A stretch of DNA of 59,582 nucleotides from Candidatus Omnitrophota bacterium (GTDB taxonomy: Bacteria; Omnitrophota; Gorgyraeia; 1-14-0-20-64-10), in NCBI GenBank assembly GCA_016201735.1, contig JACQCH010000014.1, positions 1 to 59,582 on the forward strand, in the 5' to 3' direction. The position numbers and the translations under genes are program-made. The notes beneath the pieces are model-generated. The model saw only the letters and a list, made by a program, of their open reading frames with translations, was not told where the DNA came from and ran no database searches. This document shows positions 1 to 10,575 of this stretch, piece after piece (the stretch's first letter is position 1; each line of letters starts with the position of its first letter).

Positions 1-579
1 AGCAACTCAACCACGGGGGGCGGTGTCGGTTATACTACTACCGGCATCTCCGGCACCGGCACGATTGCGGCGCAAGGGAACGTCACGGTGGACGGTAACA
101 ACTATAGCGGCACCGCAACGCTTCTGATCAACGGGACGGGGAACCAGACTTTCACGGGGAGCGCCACGCAGACCAGCGGTTATATTCCGAACGTCACCAT
201 CAACAAACCGTCGGGCACCTTGACCCTGGCCGGGACGATCCGGACCTACCGGAACTGGACGTACACGGCGGGTACGGTGGATGCGGGGACGAGCACGGTG
301 GTGTTTTTAGGTTACTCTTCGGCGGCCGCCATCACCGGTTCTCACACGTTGAACAACGTTACGGTGGGTTACTACGACGGTGGTGTGATGACCATTGCTT
401 CTGGGACGACGTTGACGGTGGCGGGCACATTGGCTCTGAGCAACTCAACCACGGGGGGCGGTGTCGGTTATACTACTACCGGCATCTCCGGCACCGGCAC
501 GATTGCGGCGCAAGGGAACGTCACGGTGGACGGTAACAACTATAGCGGCACCGCAACGCTTCTGATCAACGGGACGGGG
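1..579 (+). repeat. Exact 141-bp direct repeat (1-141 = 439-579), 438-bp (146-codon) period
   Basis: Direct comparison of the two segments. Confidence 0.9.
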
Positions 580-3500
580 GACGGGGGCGCAGACCTTCAG
601 CGGTTCCGCGACGCAGACGGCAGGCGGGCTTCCCGCCGTGAACATCAACAAGGCCTCGGGGACGCTGACCTTAGCTGGGACGATCCGGACCAACCGAAAC
701 TGGACCCGCACGGCCGGGACGGTTGATCCAGGCACCAGCACCGTGGTGATCGTTCCAACGACGACCGCGGGTCAACCGCAGTGGACCGGCGCTTCTCTCT
801 ACAATGTCATCTTTGACAGCAACAGCTCCAGCGCAACGACCGTCGGAATCTTCGGATTGATGACGGTGGCTGGAGAGCTGAAGTTTGACAACTCCTCGAC
901 AGGCAATATCAAGATAAACACGTCAAGTATCCTTGCGCTGGGAAACATCACCGTGGCGGATACCGTCAGCTACGGCGCCGGGGACACCTCTCTCTACATT
1001 CAAGGAACGGGGAATCAGGTATTGACCGGGCCGGCAGGGGCGGCGGCGAACATTCTAAACATCTATATCTACAAACCCTCCGGCACGCTGTCGTTAGGAT
1101 CGAACATAAGTTTTGTGAGGGTAAGCCAGGGCTGGGACGTTCCCCAAGGAACGACGTTGGATTTGAACGGCTACACCTTCGCCGTTGGGGGGACCTTGTA
1201 CAACGAAGGCACGATCCTGGCCTCTGGGGCCGGATACCCAATCACCGCGGGAACCCTTACCTGCGCAAGCAATTCCCAGGTGACCTTCACCAGCAACTCG
1301 GCTGCCTCAACGGTCTATATCGCGTCGAACGGGAATTTCACTTACGGGAACCTGACGTTGAACAAGGCGGGGGCGACGTTCGGCACGAATGGTAATCCGA
1401 TCACGGTGTTTGGAAATTTTACCATTACGGCCGGGAATTTCGCGCCGGGAACGACGATGACCGTGGGAGGCAGCTGGTCCAACAGCGGGACCTTTGATGT
1501 AGGAGGGGGCTCAACGGTCATCTTGAACGGGACGAACCAAACCATCAGTGGAACCACCACCTTCCACACCCTGAAGAAGAGTGTGAGTGGAGTGGACGTT
1601 TTGACCTTTCCTGCGAATACAACCACAACGGTGGATACAGAGTTAAATCTCCAGGGGGTGGCCGGAGCGCCGCTGGCGATCCGTTCCTCAACCCCCGGGA
1701 CGCGGACGGGACTGAACCTGGTCGCCGACAGCACGCAGATGCTTCTTTACCTGGATGTGCAGGATTCGGATGCCTCGGCCGGCCAGCAGTTGATCGCGTA
1801 TAACTCGGCCAACTCCGGGAACAACCTCAACTGGTCGTTCCAGGCGCTGGATTTGAACGCGGGGTTGCTCAGCTACTGGAAGTTTGATAACGACGCCGGC
1901 GCCGACTCTGTTGGAACACGGAATGGGACGGTCAACGGAGCCGCCTTTACGACTTCAAAGGCACCGGCGACCTATGCCAACACGCATGCCCTTTCGTTCA
2001 ACGGGACGACCAACACGGTGACGGCTTCGGCAACGGGCCTTCCGGCGGCCAATGTCGCGCAGTCAATTGGAGTTTGGGCCAATCCCACCGCCACGGGAGG
2101 GGCGCTGGTTTCGGTCTGGAACTCGGGCTCATCTTCGGCTGTTTTCCTGTTCTCCGATGGAACGGTGAGAAATTTTGCCCGGGCGAATTTGGTTTCCACC
2201 AGCGCTCCGTCTACCGGCTCATGGCACTATTATGCCTATACCTTTGATGGGACGCTGCACAGGATTTACATTGATGGAGTCTTAGGTGCTCTCACGGCGA
2301 CGGCAGCGAACACCGCTTCTCCGGGGAATGTGGTGATTGGAAATACAGGGACCGGGGCCAGCGCTTTCTTTAACGGCTCCATTGACGATGTCCGGATCTA
2401 CAACCGGGCGCTGTCGCCGACGGAGGTGGCGTTGCTGGCGAAGGCCGCGGGGGTCAGCGGGACTGCGGTTCTGACGATGAAGAACCCGACGACCTTAAGC
2501 ACCACGATCACTAACACGCCGGCGGTGCGGGCCTATTTCACGAACGTGGAGGGGGGCGCTCAGTACGCCCTGTCCGATTCCATCACCAGCTTTGGAGCCA
2601 ACACGGCGGCCTCGGGGGCGGCCTTTGATGTGGCCTACACGCTTCCGGCCGGGGACGGAGCCAAACTGGTGTATGCCAAGATTACCAAGAGCGACAGCAC
2701 CAGCTATACGATTACGGGTAACCCGATCACGCTGGATGGGACGCCTCCGGCGGCCCCGACCAATCTGACCTTGACGGCCAACTCGGACAACACCGGGTTC
2801 ACGGCGGCGGTGACGGCGCCCAGCTCGAGCGACGTGACGAAACTGCACTGGCGGTACGCGGCGGCGGATGGGAACGTGGCGCCGACGTACCCGGCATCTA
2901 ATATTGCGGGAACGGCGCTGGGGACCGGGGTGACGACCGGGGTGACGGCCAGTTCCGCGCAGTCGATCACGGTGACCGGGATGACGCAGCTTAAGACGTA
3001 CGGGGTGCGGGTCTGGGCGGAGGACACGGCAGGGAACGTGAGCACCTTGAACGCCCAGCAATCCCTGTACCTGTCTCCTCCGACGCCGCGGCTGGTGGTG
3101 AGTGGGCCTTCGAGCGCGGTCTCGGCGCAGGCGGGGAGTGCGGCCACCTTGACGATCACGGCGAAGGACGCGAACGGGTCGGTGATTTCGACTTATACCG
3201 GACCCTATACCTTGACGTGGACGCCGACGGGCGGGGCCGCGCAGACGCTGGTGAGCGCTTCGACGGCCGGCTTTTCTGCGGGCGCCACCACGGCCTCGGT
3301 GACGATCGGCGGGGCGGACGCGGGGACCGAGACGTTCACGGCGACGGATGAGTCGGGGAGCGCCTTGACAAGCGGGACGTTGAGTTTCACCTTTTATCCG
3401 GCTTCGTTCACGGTGGTGGCGGACGCGGCAGGGCAGACGGCTGGGAAGCCCTTTACGCTGACGGTGACGGCGAAGGACGCGGCGGGTGCGACGGTGACGC

Positions 3501-5566
3501 GGTACGCGGGGACGGTGGGGTTGAGCTTGACGGCGACTCCGACGGCGACGAAGGGGTTGAGCGCTGCGGCGGTGACCGCCACCGCAGGGGTGGGGACCAT
3601 TTCCTTAGGATACCCCGATTGTGCCTCGAGCGCGACGATCACGGCGGCGGACACGACCTATGTGACGGGGGTGACGATCCAGGGGACCACGACGGCCCTT
3701 ACCTTCAGTCCGTTGAAGTTCAGGGTGATTGCGGGGATTCCGCCTTCTCCCCGGCCGGTTTTCTACACCGGCGAGAAGTTTGGAGTGGGAGTGGCGGCCC
3801 TGGCCAATGACGGGATCACTGTGACGCCCAATTATCGCGGGACGGTGGCCTTTACGGCGGTGACGGGGCTTTCGCTTCCGGGGAACTACACCTTCACGGC
3901 GGCGGACGCGGGGCTGCATGACTTCACCGATAGCTATGCCTCCGCGGCGGGCAGCTACGTGGTGACGGTTTCCGATGCGGCGGCTGCGGCAGTGGGGGGA
4001 ACGACGGATCCGACCAAGCCGATCAAGGTGGTGCAGGCGAAGGTGTTGGTGTCGAATGTGGACGGGCCGGTGGGGATATTGTATATTCCGATTCGGATTG
4101 TAGACGCACTGGGGGCGGTGATTCCGGACGACACGACGACCTTCACGGCGGCGCTGACGGAGGAGAAGGCGGACAACACCGCCGTGGCCACGACACCGTC
4201 GGTGAGGTTTCACGCGGGTTATGCGGCTGTTTCAGTGAGCGATTCGGCGGCTGAGAAGGTGACGGTGAAAGGATCCACGACCCCGGTGACCTTGGAGGTG
4301 AATTTTGGGGTGGCGACGTTTGGATCCACCAGCACCACCTCGACAACCGCTTTCACGCCGAACACGCTTTACATCAGCGGGGGTTATACGGCCGGGTACA
4401 GTTATACGTTTCCGACGGGGACTACTTACACGACTCCGGCGGCGGCGGCCTACACGACAACGACCGCGGCTCCGTTGACCCAGCAGTATCCAGGGACGAC
4501 CTACGCGGCTCCGACGAGGTACGATACCGGGGTAACCAGTGGGTTGGCAGGTCTTCAGCAATATACAGGGTATATTGCTCCGAGCGGTTCTGCCGGCTAC
4601 ACCGGTTTAACCGGTGCCACCGGTTTGACCGGTACCACCGGTTTGACCGGCTACACGGCTCCGGCCGGTTCTGCTGGATTTATGGGACTGTTTTCTCCAA
4701 CAACCGGTTCGACCGGTTTAACCGGTTCCACTGGATCCGCCAGTTCTCCCAGTACGTCTTGGAGTCCGGCAGCGTTTCAGGCGGCCACGAGCGGTCTGCC
4801 GCCGAGCGTTGCGGCAAGCATGCAGTCATACTTTAGCAACGCCAACAACCCGACGGCGATGCCCAGTTTTGTGTATGCTCCGTCGAGTGGGATGCCGCAG
4901 GGATCTACGACCTCCTCTGGTGCTGGAGGAGGTTGGAGTCTGGGTCCGATGATGGGCGGCAGCAAAGGGATGACTTTTGGGCCGGTGGGGATGAGCACGG
5001 CAGGTTCGGCCGGTTCGGCGCCCAGTTTTGGGAACTTTGGGGGGTGGGGGTCCGCGTCGGCCAGCTCCGGCGGTTCGACTGGGTCGGGCGCTGGCGCGGG
5101 AAATTGGATGAGCGGGCCGGCAGGATCGACCGGTATGACCGGTCCAGCCGGTGTGACCGGTCCAGCCGGTGTGACCGGTTCGACCGGAGGGTTCACACCG
5201 GATGCGGGGTTGAACGCGCCGGGGATGCTGCCAACGTGGATGACACAAACTGGGCCAGGGGGGCAAGCGGCCGGAGTGCTTCCGCCTGGAATGGAGGGAT
5301 CTTCCGGAGCGTTCATGAACCAGATGCCCGGAGGAGATTCCATGGGGATGCCGATGGACGCGGGCGGCGGGCAGGGGTGGATGGGCGGCTTCAGCCCGCA
5401 GGGGAACTTTGGACCTGGGATGTTCGGCAACGCCGGCGGCCAGGGCCAGCAGGGCGGGGAAGGGAAGAAAGAAGAGAAACAAAAGGGAGAGCCGGACTCT
5501 TCTGGAAAGCAGAGCGCTTCCCCGGGAACCGCCTCCGACAACAGCCAGGGGAGTGTGACAAACTAA
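1..5566 (+). CDS. Giant secreted/surface protein, 5'-partial: T/G/N-rich repeats, LamG-like domain, FN3/Ig-like repeats, G/S/T/M-rich low-complexity tail; frameshifted at about 571-584
   Basis: Frame 1 (1-579) and frame 2 (578-5566) encode the same repeat (GTGxQTFxGSATQT..[17 protein letters not shown].RNWT). LamG motifs YWKFDN and [16 protein letters not shown] at about 1870-2420; [11 protein letters not shown]...[13 protein letters not shown] is FN3-like. Confidence 0.75.
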
Positions 5567-5925
5567 TGCGGGTTTTATTGGTGGAAGATCAGTTGGATAT
5601 ACTGGAATGCCTTCGGTTGTATTTTGAAGAGCATGGGCATGAGGTAGCGACCGCCTGCACCGTTGAGGAAGCGGTGGGGCGGCTGGAGAGTATGGAACCG
5701 GACATTGCCTTTGTGGATTTAATCCTTCCGGGGGGGCATGGGCGGACCGTCCTGCAGGAGATGATCAAACGCCGTCTCCCGACCCGGAAGATCGTCATTA
5801 CCGCCTGCGACGATTTGGGTCTGCGGCGGGAACTGCTGGAGATGGGAGTGTCCGATTACCTGTTCAAGCCGGTCACCATCCGGGACCTGGACCTTCTCTT
5901 AAATCCAGCCGCCGACCCCTCCTAA
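5566..5925 (+). CDS. Single-domain response regulator (receiver only)
   Basis: [16 protein letters not shown] (phospho-Asp), ITA, FKP; ATG overlaps the giant-gene stop (TAATG). Confidence 0.9.
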   Translation: MRVLLVEDQLDILECLRLYFEEHGHEVATACTVEEAVGRLESMEPDIAFVDLILPGGHGRTVLQEMIKRRLPTRKIVITACDDLGLRRELLEMGVSDYLFKPVTIRDLDLLLNPAADPS

Positions 5926-5960
5926 GCTATTGAGCTTTGCAGAAATAATGGACGCTCCAT

Positions 5961-6050
5961 CCCGGTCACCCTGAGTTTGTCGAAGGGTGACCTCCGTCGT
6001 GCTTCGACAGAGCCTGCCCCCGACTCGATCGGGGGCTCAGCACGAACGGG
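5961..6050. repeat. REP-like palindrome pair (ctgagYttgtcgaag family) with a nested extra hairpin
   Basis: Near-identical to the reverse complement of 33281-33345 apart from an inserted cctgcccccgactcgatcggggg hairpin. Confidence 0.8.
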
Positions 6051-6115
6051 AAGCAACGGCCGGTTTTCACCAGGAAGGTGGTAAAATCGTTGAATAGAAC
6101 AGATCGGGAGGTTCG

Positions 6116-6664
6116 ATGAGTCGGGCTGTTTTCTGGATGGTCTTGTTGGCCGGCGTATGGGGTGTCTCAACGCCGCATGGGGCTCTCGCTCAGGAAAAGG
6201 AAGGAGCCCCCATGCCCGCGTCTGTGGGCGACAATAGCACGGTCCAGTTCGAGTACACCCTGACGGTCGACGGGAACGTCGTCGATTCCTCTCAGGGCCG
6301 CGGCCCGATGAGCTACGTGCACGGCCGCAGACAGATTGTCCCCGGGCTGGAACGGCAGATGACCGGCCTGCATGTGGGGGATTCGAAGGAGGTCACCGTG
6401 GATCCGAAGGATGCCTACGGGCAGGTGAATCCGGCGGCCTTTATCGAAATACCCAAAACCCAGCTGCCTCAAGGATCGGTTCCGGAAGTGGGAATGGTTC
6501 TAAACGGCCGGGATCCGAACGGGCGCCCCCTCCAGGCCAAGGTTTCTGAAGTGAAGGAAACGACCGTACTCCTGGACATGAACCATCCCTTAGCGGGCAA
6601 GACGCTGCACTTTAAGGTGAAGATCATCAACATTTCCCCGGCGGCCGCCCCTTCCAAGGAATAG
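6116..6664 (+). CDS. FKBP-type peptidyl-prolyl isomerase (SlyD-like) with signal peptide
   Basis: YTLTVDG..VDSS, IVPGLE, AYG, LDMNHPLAGKTLHFKV; GGAGG RBS. Confidence 0.9.
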   Translation: MSRAVFWMVLLAGVWGVSTPHGALAQEKEGAPMPASVGDNSTVQFEYTLTVDGNVVDSSQGRGPMSYVHGRRQIVPGLERQMTGLHVGDSKEVTVDPKDAYGQVNPAAFIEIPKTQLPQGSVPEVGMVLNGRDPNGRPLQAKVSEVKETTVLLDMNHPLAGKTLHFKVKIINISPAAAPSKE

Positions 6665-6674
6665 GGGATCGTTC

Positions 6675-7349
6675 ATGCGGAGCCCTTCGACTCGGCCGTT
6701 CATCCTGAGCCTGTCGAAGGAGAACGGCCGGCTCAGGACAGGCTTGTCGGCGGCGGCTTTGCTGATTTTGTTGACCGGTTCACTGCAGAGTGAGGGGAGG
6801 CAACAGATAGAACCGAAACTTCAAAAAGCGGCGTTCGGGGCCGGCTGTTTCTGGGGGGTGGAGAAGATTTTCTCGAAGCTCGACGGGGTGGTCTCCACTT
6901 CCGTGGGGTACATGGGCGGGACGACGAAGGCAGCGACTTACCCCCAAGTCTGCTCAGGACAGACGGGGCACGCGGAGGCCGTCCAGCTGGTCTACGATCC
7001 TTCCCGGGTGTCGTACGAGGATCTGCTCGTCACCTTCTGGGAAACTCACGATCCTACCACGCCGGACCGGCAGGGGCCTGATGTCGGCAGCCAGTATCGG
7101 TCCGTGATCTTCGTTTATGACGGTCAGCAGGAAGAGGCCGCGAAGCGGTCCAAGCGAATCCTCGACGAGGCCAAGGTTTTCAAGGACCCGATTGTCACCC
7201 AGATCATCCCCGCGACGGAATTTTATCGGGCGGAGGAGTACCACCAGAAGTATCTGGAAAAAAACCCGAACGGCTACTGCTCCCACCACCTGCAATCCCC
7301 GAAGATCCGCCAGGCCCTCCAAACCAAGTCCGCCGGCGCTCGTTCATAG
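6675..7349 (+). CDS. msrA: Peptide-methionine (S)-S-oxide reductase; hydrophobic N-terminus suggests export
   Basis: GCFWG, GHAEAV, HDPT, RQGPDVGSQYRS, AEEYHQKY. Confidence 0.93.
   Translation: MRSPSTRPFILSLSKENGRLRTGLSAAALLILLTGSLQSEGRQQIEPKLQKAAFGAGCFWGVEKIFSKLDGVVSTSVGYMGGTTKAATYPQVCSGQTGHAEAVQLVYDPSRVSYEDLLVTFWETHDPTTPDRQGPDVGSQYRSVIFVYDGQQEEAAKRSKRILDEAKVFKDPIVTQIIPATEFYRAEEYHQKYLEKNPNGYCSHHLQSPKIRQALQTKSAGARS
6682..6744. repeat. Nested REP-like palindrome read in frame in the msrA 5' end
   Basis: cccttcgact...gctcaggacaggc enclosing ggccgttc atcctgagcctgtcgaagga gaacggcc. Confidence 0.7.
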
Positions 7350-7381
7350 GAACTCATTTTCGTATTGATGGGTGAATCTCG

Positions 7382-7402
7382 ATGTAGTATAATGTAGTAT
7401 AA
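7382..7402 (+). promoter_or_regulatory. -10 box TATAAT (7388-7393) within tandem ATGTAGTATA x2, possible operator
   Basis: Sequence directly upstream of the XRE gene. Confidence 0.55.
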
Positions 7403-7909
7403 ATGATACATTCTATTAATCGGGGGCCGTTTGGGCAGGTGCTTTATCTATGGCGATTGGAGCGGGGGCTGACTCAAGAAGAGCTGGCCCGCCGAGCGAG
7501 GATTCCGCGCCCGAACCTTTCCGCCATTGAGCGGGGCAAGCGGGAAGTCACCCTTAAAACCCTCCGGGCGCTCGCCGTTGCCTTAAATGTCCGGCCGGGC
7601 ATTCTGGCGGATGGGGCATTTCCCGCTTCAGAGAAAAAGCCACCCTCCTTTTCTCGGCAAGCGCTTGAACGGATCGCCGACGCGGTTGTCCGGGGGAGAG
7701 TTCTTCATTCCAAAAAGGAATGCGCCCTTGTGGATTTGATTCGAGGGGTGGTGGGGCACCGCTTGCCCAACTCCAAAGGAAGTTTTGAGCAGGTGCATCA
7801 TGGAAAACGGTTCGTTGAAAGGGCCTGGCTGCTCCTGGAATCAAAATGCCCGCCGGCGGTTTTGAAGAGTCTTCTCCAGAGGGTGGCGGATCGAGAGCTG
7901 TCCGAATGA
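7403..7909 (+). CDS. XRE-family helix-turn-helix protein (putative antitoxin/regulator)
   Basis: GLTQEELARRA.I.RPNLSAIERGKRE.TL.TL. Confidence 0.85.
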   Translation: MIHSINRGPFGQVLYLWRLERGLTQEELARRARIPRPNLSAIERGKREVTLKTLRALAVALNVRPGILADGAFPASEKKPPSFSRQALERIADAVVRGRVLHSKKECALVDLIRGVVGHRLPNSKGSFEQVHHGKRFVERAWLLLESKCPPAVLKSLLQRVADRELSE

Positions 7910-8511
7910 ATCAGCGCCAGATCAACCGCTTCTTCCGGGTACTCTCCATCCAACTGGATGAGCCCTCCGTCGTCATTCTTACCGGAGCGGCGGCCGGTTC
8001 GCTGTTGGGGCATTCTCGCTCGAGCCTTGACATTGACTTCGCCATCCGGCCTTCGCGGCGGGGCCGGCGGCGCTGGATGAAGATTGAGGAGGCGGTGGGG
8101 CGGACGATTCGTCTGACTGGAATTCAGGCGAATTTCGCTGAAGACATCGACCGGTGGGGGGTGATTTCCCTGATGGATTATCGGCGCCGAACGATTCCTT
8201 ACCGCCATTTTGGAAAGCTGAAGATTTGCCTGCTCGATCCTGTCTACTGGTCCATCGGAAAAATGAGCCGTTACCTGGAGCCGGACGTCCAAGATCTGAT
8301 TGCGGTTTTTAAGAGCAGAAAAATTTCCGGGAATCGACTGGTGCAGGTGTGGGCTCGGGCGCTCCGAGCGAGTCCGCCATCGACCGGGGTTTCGCAATTC
8401 CGCAGGCAGGTGGAGAATTTCCTGGGAACCTATGGCCGGACCATTTGGGGAAAGCAATTTGACCCGGGACAGGCCATTCATCGTTTTCGTCAGCTGGCTG
8501 GAATTATTTAG
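7906..8511 (+). CDS. Nucleotidyltransferase-fold protein (DUF6036-like), putative toxin
   Basis: ILTGAAA...RSSLDIDF and K..R....D..D motifs; ATGA-coupled to the XRE gene. Confidence 0.65.
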   Translation: MNQRQINRFFRVLSIQLDEPSVVILTGAAAGSLLGHSRSSLDIDFAIRPSRRGRRRWMKIEEAVGRTIRLTGIQANFAEDIDRWGVISLMDYRRRTIPYRHFGKLKICLLDPVYWSIGKMSRYLEPDVQDLIAVFKSRKISGNRLVQVWARALRASPPSTGVSQFRRQVENFLGTYGRTIWGKQFDPGQAIHRFRQLAGII

Positions 8512-8539
8512 AATGATTCGACTGTGGTAGGATGAAAAC

Positions 8540-9337
8540 GTGATGCTGGCGCATGAGGCGGCAGGCACAGGGATTCCCGTCGTGCTGATCCACGCCTTTC
8601 CCCTCTCCCATGGGATGTGGAAGGATTCCATCGAGAGTTTAAGCCGGCCGGCCGGCTTAAGGCGGATGGCCCGGGTGATCGCTCCAGATCTGCCGGGGTT
8701 CGGCGGCTCCGCCCGGCAGGGAGAGCCGTCGATCCCTCAGATGGCGCAGGAGATCGCAGGACTCTTGGACCATCTGAAGGTGGAGGAACCGGCGGTGGTG
8801 GCGGGACTCTCCATGGGAGGATACGTGGCCTTTGAGTTTCTCCGCCAGTTTCCTGGACGAGTCAGGGGGCTGGGTCTGTTTTCAACTCGGGCGGCGGCCG
8901 ACGCCCCCGAGGCACGGCAGGGAAGGTTAAAGGCCGCCCAGAAGATCCAGGGCGAGGGACTGGAACCGTTCGTCAAAGCAATCCTTCCGAAACTGCTTGG
9001 CAAAACAACCGTGGAATCCAATCCGGCCGTCGTCGAGGAAGTCACCGGGATGATCCTGGCCAATGTCCCCGACGGGGTGGCGGATGCGCTCCTGGCGATG
9101 GCCCATCGGCGGGACTCCACGGATCTGCTGGCTTCCATCCGGTGTCCTACCCTGGTGATCGCCGGGGAGGAGGATACCTTTATCCCAGTTTCCGAGGCGC
9201 GGGCGTTTGTCCGGAAGATTCCGGGAGCGGAGCTTGAGGTGATCCGGAAGGCCGGCCACTTGGTAAATCTGGAGGAGCCGGCCGGTTTCCAAGCGGCCCT
9301 GGAACGATTCCTGAAAGATAAAATTCTTGTTGGGTGA
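8540..9337 (+). CDS. Alpha/beta hydrolase (PcaD-like)
   Basis: LIHAFP, PDLPGFG, GLSMGG nucleophile elbow, GEED, AGHL. Confidence 0.9.
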   Translation: MMLAHEAAGTGIPVVLIHAFPLSHGMWKDSIESLSRPAGLRRMARVIAPDLPGFGGSARQGEPSIPQMAQEIAGLLDHLKVEEPAVVAGLSMGGYVAFEFLRQFPGRVRGLGLFSTRAAADAPEARQGRLKAAQKIQGEGLEPFVKAILPKLLGKTTVESNPAVVEEVTGMILANVPDGVADALLAMAHRRDSTDLLASIRCPTLVIAGEEDTFIPVSEARAFVRKIPGAELEVIRKAGHLVNLEEPAGFQAALERFLKDKILVG

Positions 9338-9344
9338 TTGAAGG

Positions 9345-10175
9345 ATGTCTTTCGAGTGGCTCTTCCTCGTTTCGGTGATCAGCGGTTTTATCGGGGCGAT
9401 GAGCGGAGTGGGAGGGGGAGTCGTGCTCATTCCGGTCATGACCCTCTCCGGCATCGATATCAAGCAGGCCATCGCCGTCAGCTCCATCTCTATCCTGGCC
9501 GTCTCCTGCAGTGCGGCCCCCAGCTACGTCCGGCGCCACATGCCCAGCTTAAACACAAGCGCCTTCTTGGAGGTATTTGCCGTCGTAGGGGCCTTCATCG
9601 GCGCCTTAATCAACCTGGTGTCAGGGAGGCGCCTTCTGTTTTTCCTCTGCGGGGGGATTCTCTTTTTGTCCAGTGTGCTGCTTTGGAAGCGGCAGGACGA
9701 AGAAGGGGCGCGTCTCACCGGCCAAGAGAAGTTCTCCCGATGGCTGGAACTGGAGGGCAGCTACTATGATGACGCGGAAAGCAGGACCATCGCCTATCGG
9801 GGGAATCACGCTTTTCTGGCCGGGGCCTTGATGTTCGGCACCGGTCTTACAACCGGGTTGTTGGGGATAGGCGGATCCGCCTTGACGGTCTTGATCCTGG
9901 AGGAAGTCATGGGATTGCCCACCAAGGTTTCTTTGACGACGAGCAACCTGATCATCGGCGTCATGGCTTTGGCGGGAGCCAATGTCTACCTGGAGGTGGG
10001 GCTTTTGAACTTGCAGTGGGTGGTGCCTGTGATTCTGGGGGTGCCGTTGGGGGCCTTTGTCGGATCCAAACTGCTCGTCCAGCTTCGGAATCAGATCGCC
10101 CGTCTTGTCCTGATCAGCGTGCTTATTATCTGGGGAATCGAGATCATACTGCACGGGATGCGGGGGATTTTGTGA
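9345..10175 (+). CDS. Sulfite exporter TauE/SafE (TSUP) family membrane protein
   Basis: G.GGGVVLIP and GLLGIGG repeats, multiple transmembrane segments. Confidence 0.85.
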   Translation: MSFEWLFLVSVISGFIGAMSGVGGGVVLIPVMTLSGIDIKQAIAVSSISILAVSCSAAPSYVRRHMPSLNTSAFLEVFAVVGAFIGALINLVSGRRLLFFLCGGILFLSSVLLWKRQDEEGARLTGQEKFSRWLELEGSYYDDAESRTIAYRGNHAFLAGALMFGTGLTTGLLGIGGSALTVLILEEVMGLPTKVSLTTSNLIIGVMALAGANVYLEVGLLNLQWVVPVILGVPLGAFVGSKLLVQLRNQIARLVLISVLIIWGIEIILHGMRGIL

Positions 10176-10570
10176 GGAAGATCGACAGGGTCAAATGGAT
10201 CGCCAACTTCGATATGGAAGATCTGATCAGCTCGATTCTCCAGAACGGGATGTTGATCAGCATGGGCTTGATCTTGGTTGCCATCGCCGTTTCATGGATT
10301 CAACAAGGCCGGGTGGATTTAGAGCAATCCCTCAAGGCGGAAAGTATTCCGAAGTTTCTTTTCGGGCCTTTCCCCCTGGGCGGGGCGCCGGGAGGGTTGC
10401 CTTCCGTATTGGTCCGCTGGGGTGTTTCGGTGTTGATGTTGACTCCGTATGTGCGGGTGGCTGTCTCAATGGTGTATTTCGCTTATGTGGAGCGCAGGTG
10501 GAAGCAGGCCATTTTGACAGGTTTCGTCCTGATCGTTTTGACGATTACCCTGCTCACGGATTGGGTGTAG
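10172..10570 (+). CDS. DUF1634-like membrane protein (usual TSUP partner)
   Basis: G..VL.LTP.VRV motif, three hydrophobic segments, GTGA overlap. Confidence 0.75.
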   Translation: MRKIDRVKWIANFDMEDLISSILQNGMLISMGLILVAIAVSWIQQGRVDLEQSLKAESIPKFLFGPFPLGGAPGGLPSVLVRWGVSVLMLTPYVRVAVSMVYFAYVERRWKQAILTGFVLIVLTITLLTDWV

Positions 10571-10575
10571 GTGGG

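Noticed and set aside
4590-5190. ACCGGT-rich repeats as members of the 18-bp insertion family
   Set aside because: CCGG recurs every 9 nt (5+5 spacing), explained by Gly-x-Thr codons, unlike the 4+6 spacing of the insertion family.
4933-5565. Long N-terminal extension of the response regulator in the ORF track
   Set aside because: Overlaps the giant gene in another frame; the receiver starts at the TAATG overlap (5566).
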